Positions 22,922 through 34,864 of a stretch of 64,000 nt of DNA are shown in pieces. A model generated the notes under the pieces. It was given only the letters and a program-made list of their open reading frames with translations, searched no databases and had not been told where the DNA came from. Position 1 is the stretch's first letter. Every line of letters begins with the position of its first letter. Source of the stretch: Cetorhinus maximus (taxonomy: Eukaryota); contig NW_027596304.1 in NCBI RefSeq assembly GCF_964194155.1, positions 62,001 to 126,000 of the forward strand, in the 5' to 3' direction. The translations under genes were made by a program, and so were the position numbers.

Positions 22922-23500
22922 GAACCGACAAAACAGGCGTGGTTCTTGGGACAGTGACTGTCCTGATATTTTTAAAGAACCTTTTCTGGGATTCCATGCT
23001 CACAGGAATGTATCAAATTGTTAACGAACCCTGGTTATGTTCTGTAATACTAGATTTTTATTACTCTACGGTCTGGGTAACAATCGAGTTTGTCCATTAT
23101 ATTCTTAACCCGTTAGCCCCAGTTATCCTGATTCGGCTGCTCAATTTTCTCACTGTCAGACGCATTTTAGTGAACAGCAGAGCCCGCAGGAGCCTCCGGG
23201 ATCACAGAAGTGGGGAGAGTGCCAGAGAGCCAGAGATGCAGAGTCGATAGAAATCCATCATTTTACTGTTTGTTATCTCGGAAAATTTCCTACTGCAGTG
23301 GGCACGATCATGGTGTGTTCTGTATGAGTCCGAATGTATAATTAGTGCTATGAGTCCATATTGCTGCATCCTTCTGCGCAGGAATTGGGCTCCTGAATTG
23401 CTCCACACATCCTTGCATTTATGCCCCGACTAAATTCCGGCAGCAGTCGAAGGATGTGCTGACATGTCCCTTTGACCCTATTGCATAATTCATTCAAAAA
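22921..23500 (+). pseudogene. GPR139-like GPCR pseudogene 4 (5'-truncated exon 2 fragment)
   Basis: VLGTVTVLIFLKN...EPWLC...TVWVTIEFVHYIL...RARRSLR..SGES.REPEMQSR*KSIILLFVIS. TAG at 23248-23250, degenerate TM6-7, TM1-TM3 missing. Confidence 0.85.
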
Positions 23501-23678
23501 GGAGAGTGGAGCTGTGTCTGGGAGTTTCCGGCATTATCTCATTTTAATTTCCATTCCCAATGAATGAGTGGAGTGCAGGGAATTTGGGGGTGGGGAGGGG
23601 GAGCTGCCTTTCGACCGAGTGGTGGGCGCAGTTAAATCTCTCCCCCAAATGCTTTGGACAGTGCGGGAGGGATCTGTT

Positions 23679-23915
23679 CCCCATGGTGTCCGGCTTGTGG
23701 TGTGGAGCCTGACCAGCACAGGTCCCGGGGAGCGGGCTGGATGGAAATATTCCCCATGGTGACCGGTTGTGTTGTGGAGCCTGATCCCCACAGGTTCCCG
23801 GGAGCGGGCGAGCGAGCGGGAGGGACTTGCTGCCCATGGTGCCCGGCTTGTGGTGTGGAGTCTGATCCCCACAGGTTCCCGGGAGCGGGCGGGTGGGACG
23901 CGTTCCCCATGGTGT
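23679..23915. repeat. GC-rich ~72-80-bp tandem repeat (3 copies)
   Basis: ccccatggtg.ccggcttgtggtgtggag.ctgatccccacaggttcccgggagcgggc repeated. Confidence 0.85.
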
Positions 23916-23919
23916 CAGT

Positions 23920-24189
23920 GAATAATATTAGAAAAAGGAGAAAAAGGACTTTAATCTCACCCAGTACATTTAAATGGACTGGTTATTTTGATAAGCTTAG
24001 GCTTGAATTAATTCAGCAGTGAACCGGGTAATTAATATATCCTCAATTAACCCTTCAGTTCGACAGAGACAGAACCATCAGGCAGAGTCTCAGACACTGA
24101 ATTAGCGAATAATACTGACGTTTATTGAACAGAAGCAAAATCTAGCACTTATCATTCAGCCAAAGACTCATCAAGCAACTTGGTCAATG
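23920..24189. repeat. ~270-bp dispersed element, copy A (copies B ~29246-29515, C ~34305-34584)
   Basis: aataatattagaaaaaggagaaaaaggactttaatc...gactcatcaagcaacttggtcaatg is near-identical to copy B and more diverged from copy C. Confidence 0.9.
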
Positions 24190-25545
24190 CGGCAGTCCTT
24201 CAGTACTGACCCTCTGGCAGTGCGGCATTCCATCAGTGCTTACCCTCTGACAGTGCAGTGCTCTCTCAGAGCTGACCATCTGACAGTGCATCATTCCCTC
24301 TGTACTGACCTCTGGTAGTGTATTACTCCAACTGTACTGGCCCTCTGACAGTGTTGAAGTCCATCAGCACTGAATATCTCACAGTGGAAAACTCCCTTGT
24401 ACTGACCCTCCGACAATGCGGAACTCGCTCAATATTGACACTCCAAAACTGCAGCACTCCCGCAGCAATGACCCTCCGACAGTGCAGTACACCTTCAGTA
24501 CTGAGCTCCCAACAGTGCTGCTGTCCCGCACTAATGGCCTCCGACACTGCAGCACATCCTCACTAAAGATCATGCAACAGTGTGGTGCATCCTCAGTACT
24601 GACCCTCAGGCGCCCTGGCCGCTCCCTCAATGCTGACCCTCTGACAGTGTGGCACTCCCTCAGAACTGACAAACCGACAGATCGGCATTCCCTCAGAACT
24701 GAACTTTCGACAATCCCTTAGTACTGAACTTCTGACAATATACCACTCCCTCAGTCCGGACCCTCCAACAGCGCAGTTCAGCATAAGTTCTGACCCACTA
24801 ACAGTGCTGCACTCTTTCACTAATGAACCTCCTACATTCAGCACTCCCTCAGAACTGACCCTCCAGCAGATCGACACTCCCTCGGGACTAACCCTCCGAT
24901 AGTGCAGCACTCCCTCAGTCCTCAACCAACCGAAAGTGCAGCACTGCCTCAGAATTGGTCTTCCAACTGTGCGACTCTCCATCACAGCTGAACCACCGAT
25001 TGTGCGACATTCCCTCGCTACTTACCTTTGGACAGTGCGGTACTCCCTCAGAGCTGACCCTCCAACAGCGCGAAATTCCATCAGAACTGACACTCTGACA
25101 GTGCGGCATTCCCTCAGTGCATACCCCCGGACAGTGCTTTACTCCCTCAGGTCTGAAACTCTGCCGGTGTGATATTACCTGAGTGCTGTCCCTCTGACAG
25201 TATGGCACTCACTCAATACTGACCCTTGGACAGTGCGCCACTATCTCAGGACTGACACTCCAAAAGTGCGGCACCCCCTCAGCACTGACCCTCCGACAGT
25301 GCAGTAGTCCCTTATTACTGACCCTCTGACAATATGGCACCAGATCTTTACTGAGCCTCCAGCACATCACTACGACATCAGTACTGAAGCTCCGAAAGTG
25401 CTGCAATCCCTCAGTAATGACCTGCCACACTGCAGCAAATCCTCACTACAGACCATGCATTGTTGTCGCATATCCTCAGTACTGACTCTCTGACAGCTTG
25501 GCGCTCCCTCAGTACTGACCCTCCAACAGTGCGACATCTCACTCC
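24185..25545 (-). repeat. 33-bp minisatellite array (reverse orientation)
   Basis: cagtactgaccctccgacagtgcagcactccct units. Confidence 0.9.
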
Positions 25546-25684
25546 CAAAAGCCCCCATTGTCCAATTGCCTGGTCCCAGTAATCTTCATCAATTCCTATT
25601 CACATTAAAGTCACCACCTATGTCAATGTCTTAATGATGTTCTGTGTCCTAGCTTCTTCACAACACTGAACCTGATAGTAGAAT

Positions 25685-26217
25685 GTCCTCTCCTTCGGCT
25701 GTCCGTCTATTTGAGGATGATGCGTCGGGGAAGTCACTTCCTGCCGTGGGTCTTCATGTGGATGAACAGGCCGATTCTGGAGCAGCAGAGCTTCGGGCAC
25801 ATGGGGCAGGACGTCCCACCATGTAGTGGGATCCGGAGAGCAGGATTTGCTTCCTTTTCTTCGCGTCACTGTGGCCGCTCTGCATCATCATTAAGACATG
25901 GAGACTCAAAGCGAGATGCAGAATGATGGACACATTGTCACCAATTTTGCCAACGGGCAGCGACCTCCTCTCAGCCATTAACGTCGATGCTGCCACACTT
26001 CGATGAGAGATTCAACGTTGCCCCCTGGAGCGTTGCCCATTGGAGAGTTGAGAAAACAGGACCTGGCAGCAAGATAGACGTTTCCACAATCCGGACACTG
26101 TCCAGTCCATTCACGTCGACATTGCGGGAGTTTTTTTCTGAATGCTCATGCAGCCAGCTTCAAGAAGGACACGAGCGTTTGTTCGACAGTCCTCCCAGTG
26201 AATCCGGCGGAGTCATT
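25685..26217 (-). mobile_element. RTE-clade (BovB-like) LINE 3' fragment
   Basis: Minus strand reads RRIHWEDCRTNARVLLEAGCMSI and C-terminal CPMCPKLCCSRIGLFIHMKTH (C2H2), then a short tail atcatcctcaaatagacggacagccgaaggagagg. Confidence 0.75.
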
Positions 26218-26665
26218 TCTGACCCTCTGACAGTGCGGCTCTCCCTCAGTACTTACACTCTAATTGTACAGCACTACCTCATTACTGGACCTCCGACATT
26301 GCATTACCAACCCTCCAACAATGCTGTACGCCTTCACCACTGACCCTTAAACAGTGCTGCACTCCATAATAATGCCTTTCTGAGAGTGCGGCAAATCCTC
26401 AGTTCTGACCGTCAGACAGCTCGGTGCTCCCTCAGCACTGACCTTCTGACAATGCGGTGTCCTCTTATTCAAGTCCATTCAACAGTGCTGTACTCCAGCA
26501 ATGCTGACCCTCTGACAGTGCGGCACTCCATCAGTGCTGACCCTCAGACAGTGCAGTGCTTCTTCTGCACTCACCCTACAACAGTTCGATTCTACCTCAG
26601 TACTGACCTTCCGAGAGTACTGCAGTCCCTCAGTACTGACCCCCTGAGAATGCGGCACTCCCTCT
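26218..26665 (-). repeat. 33-bp minisatellite array (reverse orientation)
   Basis: actgaccctctgacagtgcggcactcc units. Paralog at 31196-31603. Confidence 0.88.
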
Positions 26666-26819
26666 GATAAATGGAAGATTATAATTTTGTGGTCAATATC
26701 TAAGGAGTCACTATTTTGTGAGAGCCCATTCACACCAGCAGCAAAATTTCGTAGCTGCGGATAAGGTTGTGTTTAATATGTGATCAGAATATGCAGTTTA
26801 AACAACTCAGCGTTGGAAA

Positions 26820-27080
26820 TTCATTCAAAGATGAGGAGAAGCATTTTCTCTCTGAGCTTCGTGGGTCTTTGGACCTCTCTTCATCAAAAGGTGGTGGAAG
26901 TAGAGTCTTTGAATATTTTTAAAGCTAAGCGAGATAGAGTCTGGATTAACAAGGTGGTGAAAGGTTATCGGCGGGAGGCGGGAATGTGGGGTTGATGATA
27001 CAATCAGATCAGCCATGATCTTATTGAATAGCAGAGGAGGATCGCTGGCCCGAGTGGCCTACTCCTGATCCGAATTGGTA
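26820..27080 (+). mobile_element. CR1-like LINE 3' end
   Basis: VGLWTSLHQKVVEVESLNIFK and ggcccgagtggcctactcctg 3' end. Confidence 0.8.
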
Positions 27081-27506
27081 AATTCATAGATATAGCTGCT
27101 AATCAATTTCAAAAATAAATTCTCAAAAATTACCTTAAATTATTAATTAATTCCAATATATTATGAGTTTATACATCTAATTATTAACAAAATAGAACAG
27201 CATATTATCTATGATTGGTCTAAATATTAATTAATTGCAAAACATAGTGTGAAACAGTACACTTGATTATTAATTAAATTCAGCAGATTACTATGAATTG
27301 TCGGCCTAAATATTACTTTCAATAAGGAATGGAAAAATCTAAATATAAATAATAAATTAAACATCTAATTATCAATTAATTTCTAAAAATATATTATTAA
27401 TTTTTGGTCAAATTATTAATCAATTGCAACAACAAATTTTGCATTAAAATCCAATTATTAATTAATCTTCTTCCATCTCTAGTAAATCTAAAATTGACTT
27501 AATATC

Positions 27507-28635
27507 AGTGTCGCATTGCCGGAGGATCCATACAGAGGGAGTGTCGCACTGTCGGAGGGTAAGAACTGGGGATGTACCTCACCGTTGGAGGATCATTACT
27601 TAGGGAGCGCCGCACTATCGGAGAGTCTTACTGGGGGTGTGCCTCTCTGTTTGAGGGTCATTATTAAGGGAACGCCGCACTATTTGAGGGTCAGTACATG
27701 GGGTGTGCCGCACAGACGGAGGTTGATTACTGAAGGAGCGCCGCCTTGTCAGATGGTCATTACTGAGGGAGTGCCGCAATGCTGGAGAGTCAATACTGAG
27801 GGAGCGCCGCACTGTTGGATGTTCAGTACTGGGGTTGTGCCGCACTGTTGGATGGTCAGTACTGGGGTTGTGCCGCACTGTTGGATGGTCAGTACTGAGG
27901 GTGCGCTGTATTTTCGGGGGTTCAGTACTGAGGGAGCGCAGTGCTGTCAGAGCCTCCGTACTGAGGCAGTGCCGCACTGTTGGAGGTTCACTAATCAGAG
28001 AGGCTGCACGGTGGGAGGGTCATTACTGAGCGAATACCAAACTGATATAGGGTCTTTAATGAGGGGATGCCGTAGTGTCGGACGGTCAGTACCGAGGGAG
28101 TGTTGCAACGTCGGTGGTCAATGCTGAGAGAACGCCGCACTGTTGGAGGGTGTGCACTGAGGGAATTCCGCACTGCTGGACGGCCATTATTTAACGAGTG
28201 CTGCACTTAGTGGGTCAGCATTGATCCTGTGCTGCAATGTTGGAGGGTCGTTACTGAGGGCGTGCCTTACTGTTGGCGGGTCATTACTGAGGGGGCGCTG
28301 TGCTGCTGGAGGGTCAGTACATGTGGTTTGCCGCACTGTCGGAGGTTCATTAATGAGGGAGTGCTGCACTCTCGGAAGGTCAGGAAGGAAGGAGTGCCCC
28401 ACTGACGGAGGCTCAGTTCTGAGGGAGCAACGCATTGATGGAGGGTGAGTTCTGAGGGAGGGACACTCTTTTGGAAGGTGAGTGCTGAGGGAGCACCGAA
28501 TTGTCGGAGGGTCCATATGGAGGTAGTGCTGCTCTCTTGGTGGGTCACCACTGACGGAGTGCCGCATTGTCGGAAGGTCAGTTCTAAGGGAGTGATGCAC
28601 TGTCAGATGGTCAGTACTGAGGCAGCGATTGCAAT
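27507..28635 (+). repeat. 33-bp minisatellite array
   Basis: Exact adjacent 33-mers, e.g. cagtactggggttgtgccgcactgttggatggt twice near 27824-27890. Confidence 0.92.
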
Positions 28636-29789
28636 ATAGAGGAATGATATGTTTCCCATGTTTGAGATTACTGTGTGGTCTGCTTCCAAGTGATATAGCC
28701 TTAAAATTAGATGTGGGCCATTAAGGATTAATTTCAGGAATCACACAATGACACACAGGCCAGTGGAAAATTATTTGCTGTGTCAATTGGGAATGTCAAG
28801 AAATATATTGATGTGCCTTATTTACGTGAGAATATTAAAGGTTCTGGGTGCAAGCTGCGTCACTGTTATAATAATACAGATGTGCTATAGACCCTCTGAA
28901 AACTAGAACAAGGCTAAGGAAGTGGATGACCTTCACCTGTTCTCATATTTAAATCAGTTCTCCGTTCCCTTGCTCCTGTTTGTACATGTTCCTCAATTTG
29001 TGGTTTCTGAGAGATCTTATCTGCACCTCTGTTGTGAGCAGTCGCTGTCAAACACATAAACTCACAATTCTTTATAGACTGACCTTCCCTTGCTCCTGAT
29101 ACGCGGTGTGCAGCATGCAAATCTGCTCAGCACAGAGCCTGTCTCCATCACACGACATCGGCAATGACAAAGGCCCCATAGTGTGAGTGGGAGGATCTAA
29201 AACTCTACCATGGACCCTGGAGTTAGCTCACTGAACCGGCCAGTAAATAATATTAGAAAAAGGAGAAAAAGGACTTTAATCTCACCCAGTACATTTAAAA
29301 AGGGCTATTTATTTTGATAAGCTTAGGATTGAATTAATTCAGCAGTGAACCGGGTAATTAATAGATCCTCAATTAACCCTTCAGTTCGACAGAGACAGAA
29401 CCATCAGGCAGAGTCTCAGACACTGAATTAGCGAAAAATACTGACGTTTATTGAACAGAAGCAAAATCTAGCACTTATCATTCAGCCAAAGACTCATCAA
29501 GCAACTTGGTCAATGAAATAAAACTTCTCCAATAGAAAATTAGGGGAGACAAAGTGGAAAATAGATGTGTCAACAAAAGCCTGCAGGAGTCACATTTTCA
29601 AACTGACTGCCAATCTTTAAGATAATGACAAACTCAACCACCTCAACACCATACCACCCACCCACCTCCCCACCTCGCCACTCCTCCCGCGCTGACAGCT
29701 GTTCCCCAAAGGACTCTGAACGTTTCTGGAGTCCCCACTGACAGAAATTATCCTCTGTCTGCCCCTTGGGACTAGTGCCACATTCACTA

Positions 29790-30735
29790 TCTTCTATTTG
29801 TATTCATTAATGGGATGTAGGAATTATTGGCTGGAACAGCATTTATTGCCTATGCCTATTTGCCCCATAAGAAGATGGTGGTTAGCGTCCTTCTTGAATC
29901 GCTGTTGTCCAGGTGGTGTAGGTGGAGCCACAGTCCTGTTAGGGATGAAGTTCGAGGATTTTGACCCAGCGACATTGAAGGAGTGGGCGAGAAATTTCAA
30001 TGTCAGGATCATGAGTGGCTTGGAGGGGAATTTCCAGTCGGTGTTATTTCAAATGTTACTGCTGCCCTTGTCCTTCTAGATGGTAGAGGCCATGGGTTTG
30101 GAAGGTGCTGTCAATGGAGCTTTGGTGAGTTTCTGCAGTGCATATTGTAAATGGTATACACTGCTTTGGTGGTGCAGGGAACGAATGTTTGTAGCTGGGG
30201 TGCCGATCAAGCGGGGCTGTTTTCTCCTGGATGGTTTCGAGCTTCCTGAGTGTTATGGGAGCTGCAACGCATCCAACCAAGTGGGGACTATCGCATCACA
30301 CTCATGGCTTGTGCCTTAGATTTCCTGGACAGGCTTTGGGGAGTCAGGTGGAGAGTTACTCGCTGCAGGATTCCCAGGCTCTGAACTGCCCTTGTCTCCA
30401 TAGTATTTATGTGGCTAGTGCAGTTCAGTTTCTGGTCAATGGGAAACCCCAGGGTATAGATAGTTGTGATTCATTGATGGTAATGTCATTGAGCACTTAT
30501 GTGGCATGAATGTACCTTGCCACTTTTCAGCCCAAGCCTCGATATTGTCCAGGCCTCGCTGCATTACGACATGAGCTGCTTCAGTATCTGAGGAGTCACG
30601 AATGTTGCAGAACATTGTGCACCATCAGCGAACATCCCCACTTCTGACATTATGATGTAAGGACAGTCATTGATGTAGCAGCTGAAGATGGTTGGGCCGA
30701 GGACACTACCCTGAGGAACTCCAGCGGTGATGTCA
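29790..30735 (-). mobile_element. LINE (L2/CR1 supergroup) 3' fragment
   Basis: Minus strand GVPQGSVLGPTIFSCYIND...MFADG. Same family as 10460-14640. Confidence 0.82.
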
Positions 30736-31195
30736 TCTCCACCCTGGGGTCCACACTGACGGGAATTCTCCTCTGCCTGACCTTCGGCTCAGCGCCACAC
30801 CCACCATCTCCACTCTGACAGGAACCCCCCTCCGACCCCGAGGTCCTGAAGAGGTTTCCCTTTGCTTGGTGTCCACATCGAGACGTTTCTGTGTTTCACA
30901 TACCAGAGAGTTGTAACACCACCTTCGGCCATGCCGTTCCAAATGGCTCAGTGGTCACTCATGCTGCCAGGGCTATCGTCATTGGTTCCAGCTTATTTCT
31001 CACGATGCCTTCAAGCCAAGGCAATGGATTGCTTCAAGATTCATTCCCTATTTTTCTTACCAAACGGCACCACCATTCGTTAGGCCCAGAAATATAAGTC
31101 CAGGGCAGTGTTTTCTGTGAATGTAGGGTCCTTTCTCACATCTTCTGTGACAACATTTTCTATAATGACCCAGACTCCGGTCTGCCAAAGGATGA

Positions 31196-31603
31196 ATGTA
31201 CACCCTCAGGAATGACACTCCAAAATTGCGGCATTACCTCAGTACTGAATCTTCAACAGTGCTGTACGCCTTCACTACTGACGCTTCAACAGTTCTGCAC
31301 TCCATAAGTAATGCCTTCCTGACAGTGCAGCAAATCTTCAGTACTGACCCTCAGGTAGCTCGGCGCTCCCTCAGCGATGACCCGCTGACCATACGGCTCT
31401 CCCTTATTACTGTCCCTCCAACAGTGCTGTATTCCAGCAATACTGACCCTCTAACAGAGCGGCGCTCCTTCAGTGCTAACCCTCAGATAGTGCAGTGCTT
31501 CCTCTATCCTGACCCTCCAACAGTCCAGTTCTCCCTCAGTAATGACCTTCCGAGAGTGCTGCAGTTCCTTAGTACTGACACTCTGAGGATGCGACACTCC
31601 CTC
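31196..31603 (-). repeat. 33-bp minisatellite array (reverse orientation), duplicate copy
   Basis: Paralog of 26240-26665. Confidence 0.85.
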
Positions 31604-31759
31604 TGATAATTGGATGGTAATAATTTTGTGGTCAATATCTACAGAGTCACTATTCTGTGAGAGCCCATTCATACCAGCAGCAACATTTCGTAGCTGCGGA
31701 TAAGGTTGCCTTTAATATGTGATCAGAATAAGCAGTTTAAACAACTCAACATTCAGAAT

Positions 31760-32020
31760 TCATGCAAAGATGAGGGAAAGTATTTTCTCTCAAAGCGTCG
31801 TTGGTCTTTGGACCTCTCTTCCTCAAGAGGTGGTGGAAGCAGAGTCTTTGAATATTTTTAAGGGCAAGCGAGATAGAGTCTGGATTAACAAGGGGGTGAA
31901 AGGTTATCGGGGGGAGGCGGGAATGAGGGTTTCAGGTTACAATCAGATCAGCCATGATCTTATTGAATGGCGGAGGAGGATCGAGGGGCCGAGTGGCCTA
32001 CTCCTGATTCGAATTGCTAA
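31760..32020 (+). mobile_element. CR1-like LINE 3' end (duplicate copy)
   Basis: FSQSVVGLWTSLPQEVVEAESLNIFK and gaggggccgagtggcctactcctg. Confidence 0.8.
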
Positions 32021-32427
32021 GTTCATAGGTGTAGCTATTAAACAATTTCAACAATATATTCTCAATAATTACCTTAAATGATTAATTGATTACAATATAA
32101 GGTGAGTTAATGCATCTTATTATTAACTAAATTGATCAGTATATTATGTATGATTGGTCTAAATATTAATTGTGAAACAGTACAGTTGCTTATAAATTAA
32201 TATCAATAGAACATTATGAATTGTAGGCCTATTTAATACTTTCAATTATGAATGGAAAAGTCTAAATATTAATAAAAAAATAAACATTTTATTGTCAATT
32301 AATTTCTAAAAATAGATTATAAATTATTGGTCGAATTATTAATCAATTGCAACAATTTTTAATGCATTAAAATCCAATTATTAATTAATCTTCTTCCATC
32401 TCTAGTAAATCTAATATTGACTTAATA

Positions 32428-33695
32428 TCAGCACCGCATTGCCAGAGGCTCCATACGGAGGGAGCGTTGCACTGTTGGATGGTAGGTACTGGGGATGTGC
32501 CGCATTTTTGGAGGGTCAGTACTGAGGGAGTACCGCACTGTTGGATGTTGGATGGTCAATACTAAGGGAGCGCCACACTGTCAGAGGGTCATGACTAAGA
32601 GAATGCCACACTGTTGGAGGATCATTACAGAGGGAGTGCCACAATGTTGGAGGGTAATTAATGAGGGAGTGCCTCACTGTTGGAGGATCATTACTGAGGG
32701 AGCTATGTACTGTTGGATGGTGAGTGCTGGGGGTGTGCCACACTGTTGGATGGTCATTACTGAGGAAGAGCCGCACTGTTGGAGGGTCATTACTGAGGGA
32801 GCGCCGCACTTTTGCAGGGTCATTACTTAGGGAGTGCCGTACTCTTGGAGAGTCAGTACTGGGGGTGTGCCAAACTGTCGGATGATCAATACTGATGATG
32901 TGCCGCAATGTTGGAGGGTCATTACTGAGGGAGAGCCGCACTGTAGGAGGGTCAGTGCTGGAGTTGTGCAGCACTGTCGGATTGTCAGAACTGAGGGTGT
33001 TCCACATTATTGGAGGGTCATTACTGAGGAAGTGCCATGGTGTTGGACGGTCAGTACTGAGGTAATGCCGCACAGATGAAGGGTGATTAATGAGGGTGTG
33101 CTGTACTGTCGGAGGGTCAGTACTGAGGGAGTTTCGCACCGTCGGGGGTCAATGCTGGGGGAACGCCGCACTGTCGGAGTGTCAGTACGGAGGTAACGCT
33201 GCACAGTTGGAGGGTGAATACTGAGAGAGTGCCGCACTGCTGGAGGGTTAGTATTGTGGGAGTGCCACACTTAGAGTTTCAGTATTGAGATTGAGCCTCA
33301 CTGTTGGAGGGTCCTTACTGAAGGAGTGCCGTACTTTTGGCGTGTCATTACTGAGGGAGTGCCGAGCTGTTTGTGGATCAGTACTTTTGGTGTGCCGCAC
33401 TGTCGGAGGTTCATTAATGAGGGAGTTCCACACTGTCGGAAGTTCAGGATGGAAGGAGTGCCACTTTGCAGAAGGCTCAGTTCTGAGGGAGCAGCACATT
33501 GTCGGAGGGTCAGTACTGAGGGAGGGATGCTCTGTTGGAGAGTGAGTTCTGAGGGTGCACCGAATTGTCGGAGGGTCGGTACGAAGGGACCACCGAACTC
33601 TCGGAGGATCAGTACTGAGGGTTTGCCGGATTATCGAAGTGTCAGTTCTGAGGGAGTGATGCAATGTCAGAGGATCAGTACTGAGGCAGCGCTTG
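32428..33695 (+). repeat. 33-bp minisatellite array (duplicate copy)
   Basis: cattactgagggagtgccgcactgttggagggt units. Confidence 0.92.
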
Positions 33696-34864
33696 TAATA
33701 TTGATGAATGATATGCTTCCCATGTATTGAGATGACTATGTGCTCTGCTTCCGAGTAAAATTGGATTTGGGATAATAAGGATTAATGTCAGGAATCACAC
33801 AATCACACACAGGCCAGTGGAAAGCCATTTAGTGTGTCAATTGGGAATGTCAAGAAATACAATGATGTGCCTTATTTACGTGAGGATATTTAAGGTTCTG
33901 GGTGCAATCTGGTTCACTGCTGTAATAATACAGATGTAATAATACAGACCCCATGAATACTGCAACAAGGCTGAAGGAGTGTCTTAACTTCACCTGTTCT
34001 CATATTCAAATCAGCTCTCTGTTCCCCTTGCTCCTGTTTGTACGTGTTCCTCAATTTGTGGTTTCTGAGAGATCTTATCTCCACCTCTGTTGTGAACGGT
34101 CGCTGTGAAACACAGTAAACTCACAAATATTTATAGGCTGACCTTGGCTTGTACCTGATACACGTTGTGCAGCATGCAAATCTGTTCAGCACAGAGCCAG
34201 TCTCCATCACACAACCTCAGCATTGACAATGGCCCCATAGTGTGGGTAGGAGGAGCTGAAAATCTACCCTGCAACCTGGAGTTAGCTCATTGAACCGGCC
34301 ATTGAAGAACATTAGAAATAGAAGCAAAAGGACTTTAAAGTCACCCTGTACATTTAAAATGGGCTGTTTGTTTTGATAAGCTTAGGCTTGAATTAATTTA
34401 GCAGTGAACCGGGTAATCATCAGATCCTCAATTAACCCTTCAAACTGACATAGTTCGACAGAGACAGAACAATCAGGCAGAGTCTCAGACACTGAATTAG
34501 CGAATAATACTGACGTTTATTGAACAGAAGCAAAATCAAGCACTTATCGAACAGCCCAAGACTCATCAAGCAATTTGTTCAATGAAATGAAACTTCTCCA
34601 ATCGAAAATTAAGGGAGACAAAGTGGAAATTATGTCTGTCAACAAGTCGCTACAGGAGTCGCACTTTCAAATTGACTCCCAATCTTTAAGAAGAGGATGA
34701 CAAACTCAACTAACACAAAACCACCCCTCCCAGCCCCACCCCGTCACCACCCCCCCCCGAGCTGACAGCTGTTCACCAAAGGACTCAGAACCTTCCCGGT
34801 GTCACCACTGACAGAAATTCTCTCTGTCTGCCCCCCGGGCCTAGTGCCACACTCACTATCTGTT

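Noticed and set aside
24185-25545. GACAGTG/CACTGTC in the 33-mer resembling the V(D)J RSS heptamer CACAGTG
   Set aside because: It lacks the essential 5' CAC, there is no nonamer at 12 or 23 bp, and there are no V or J segments.
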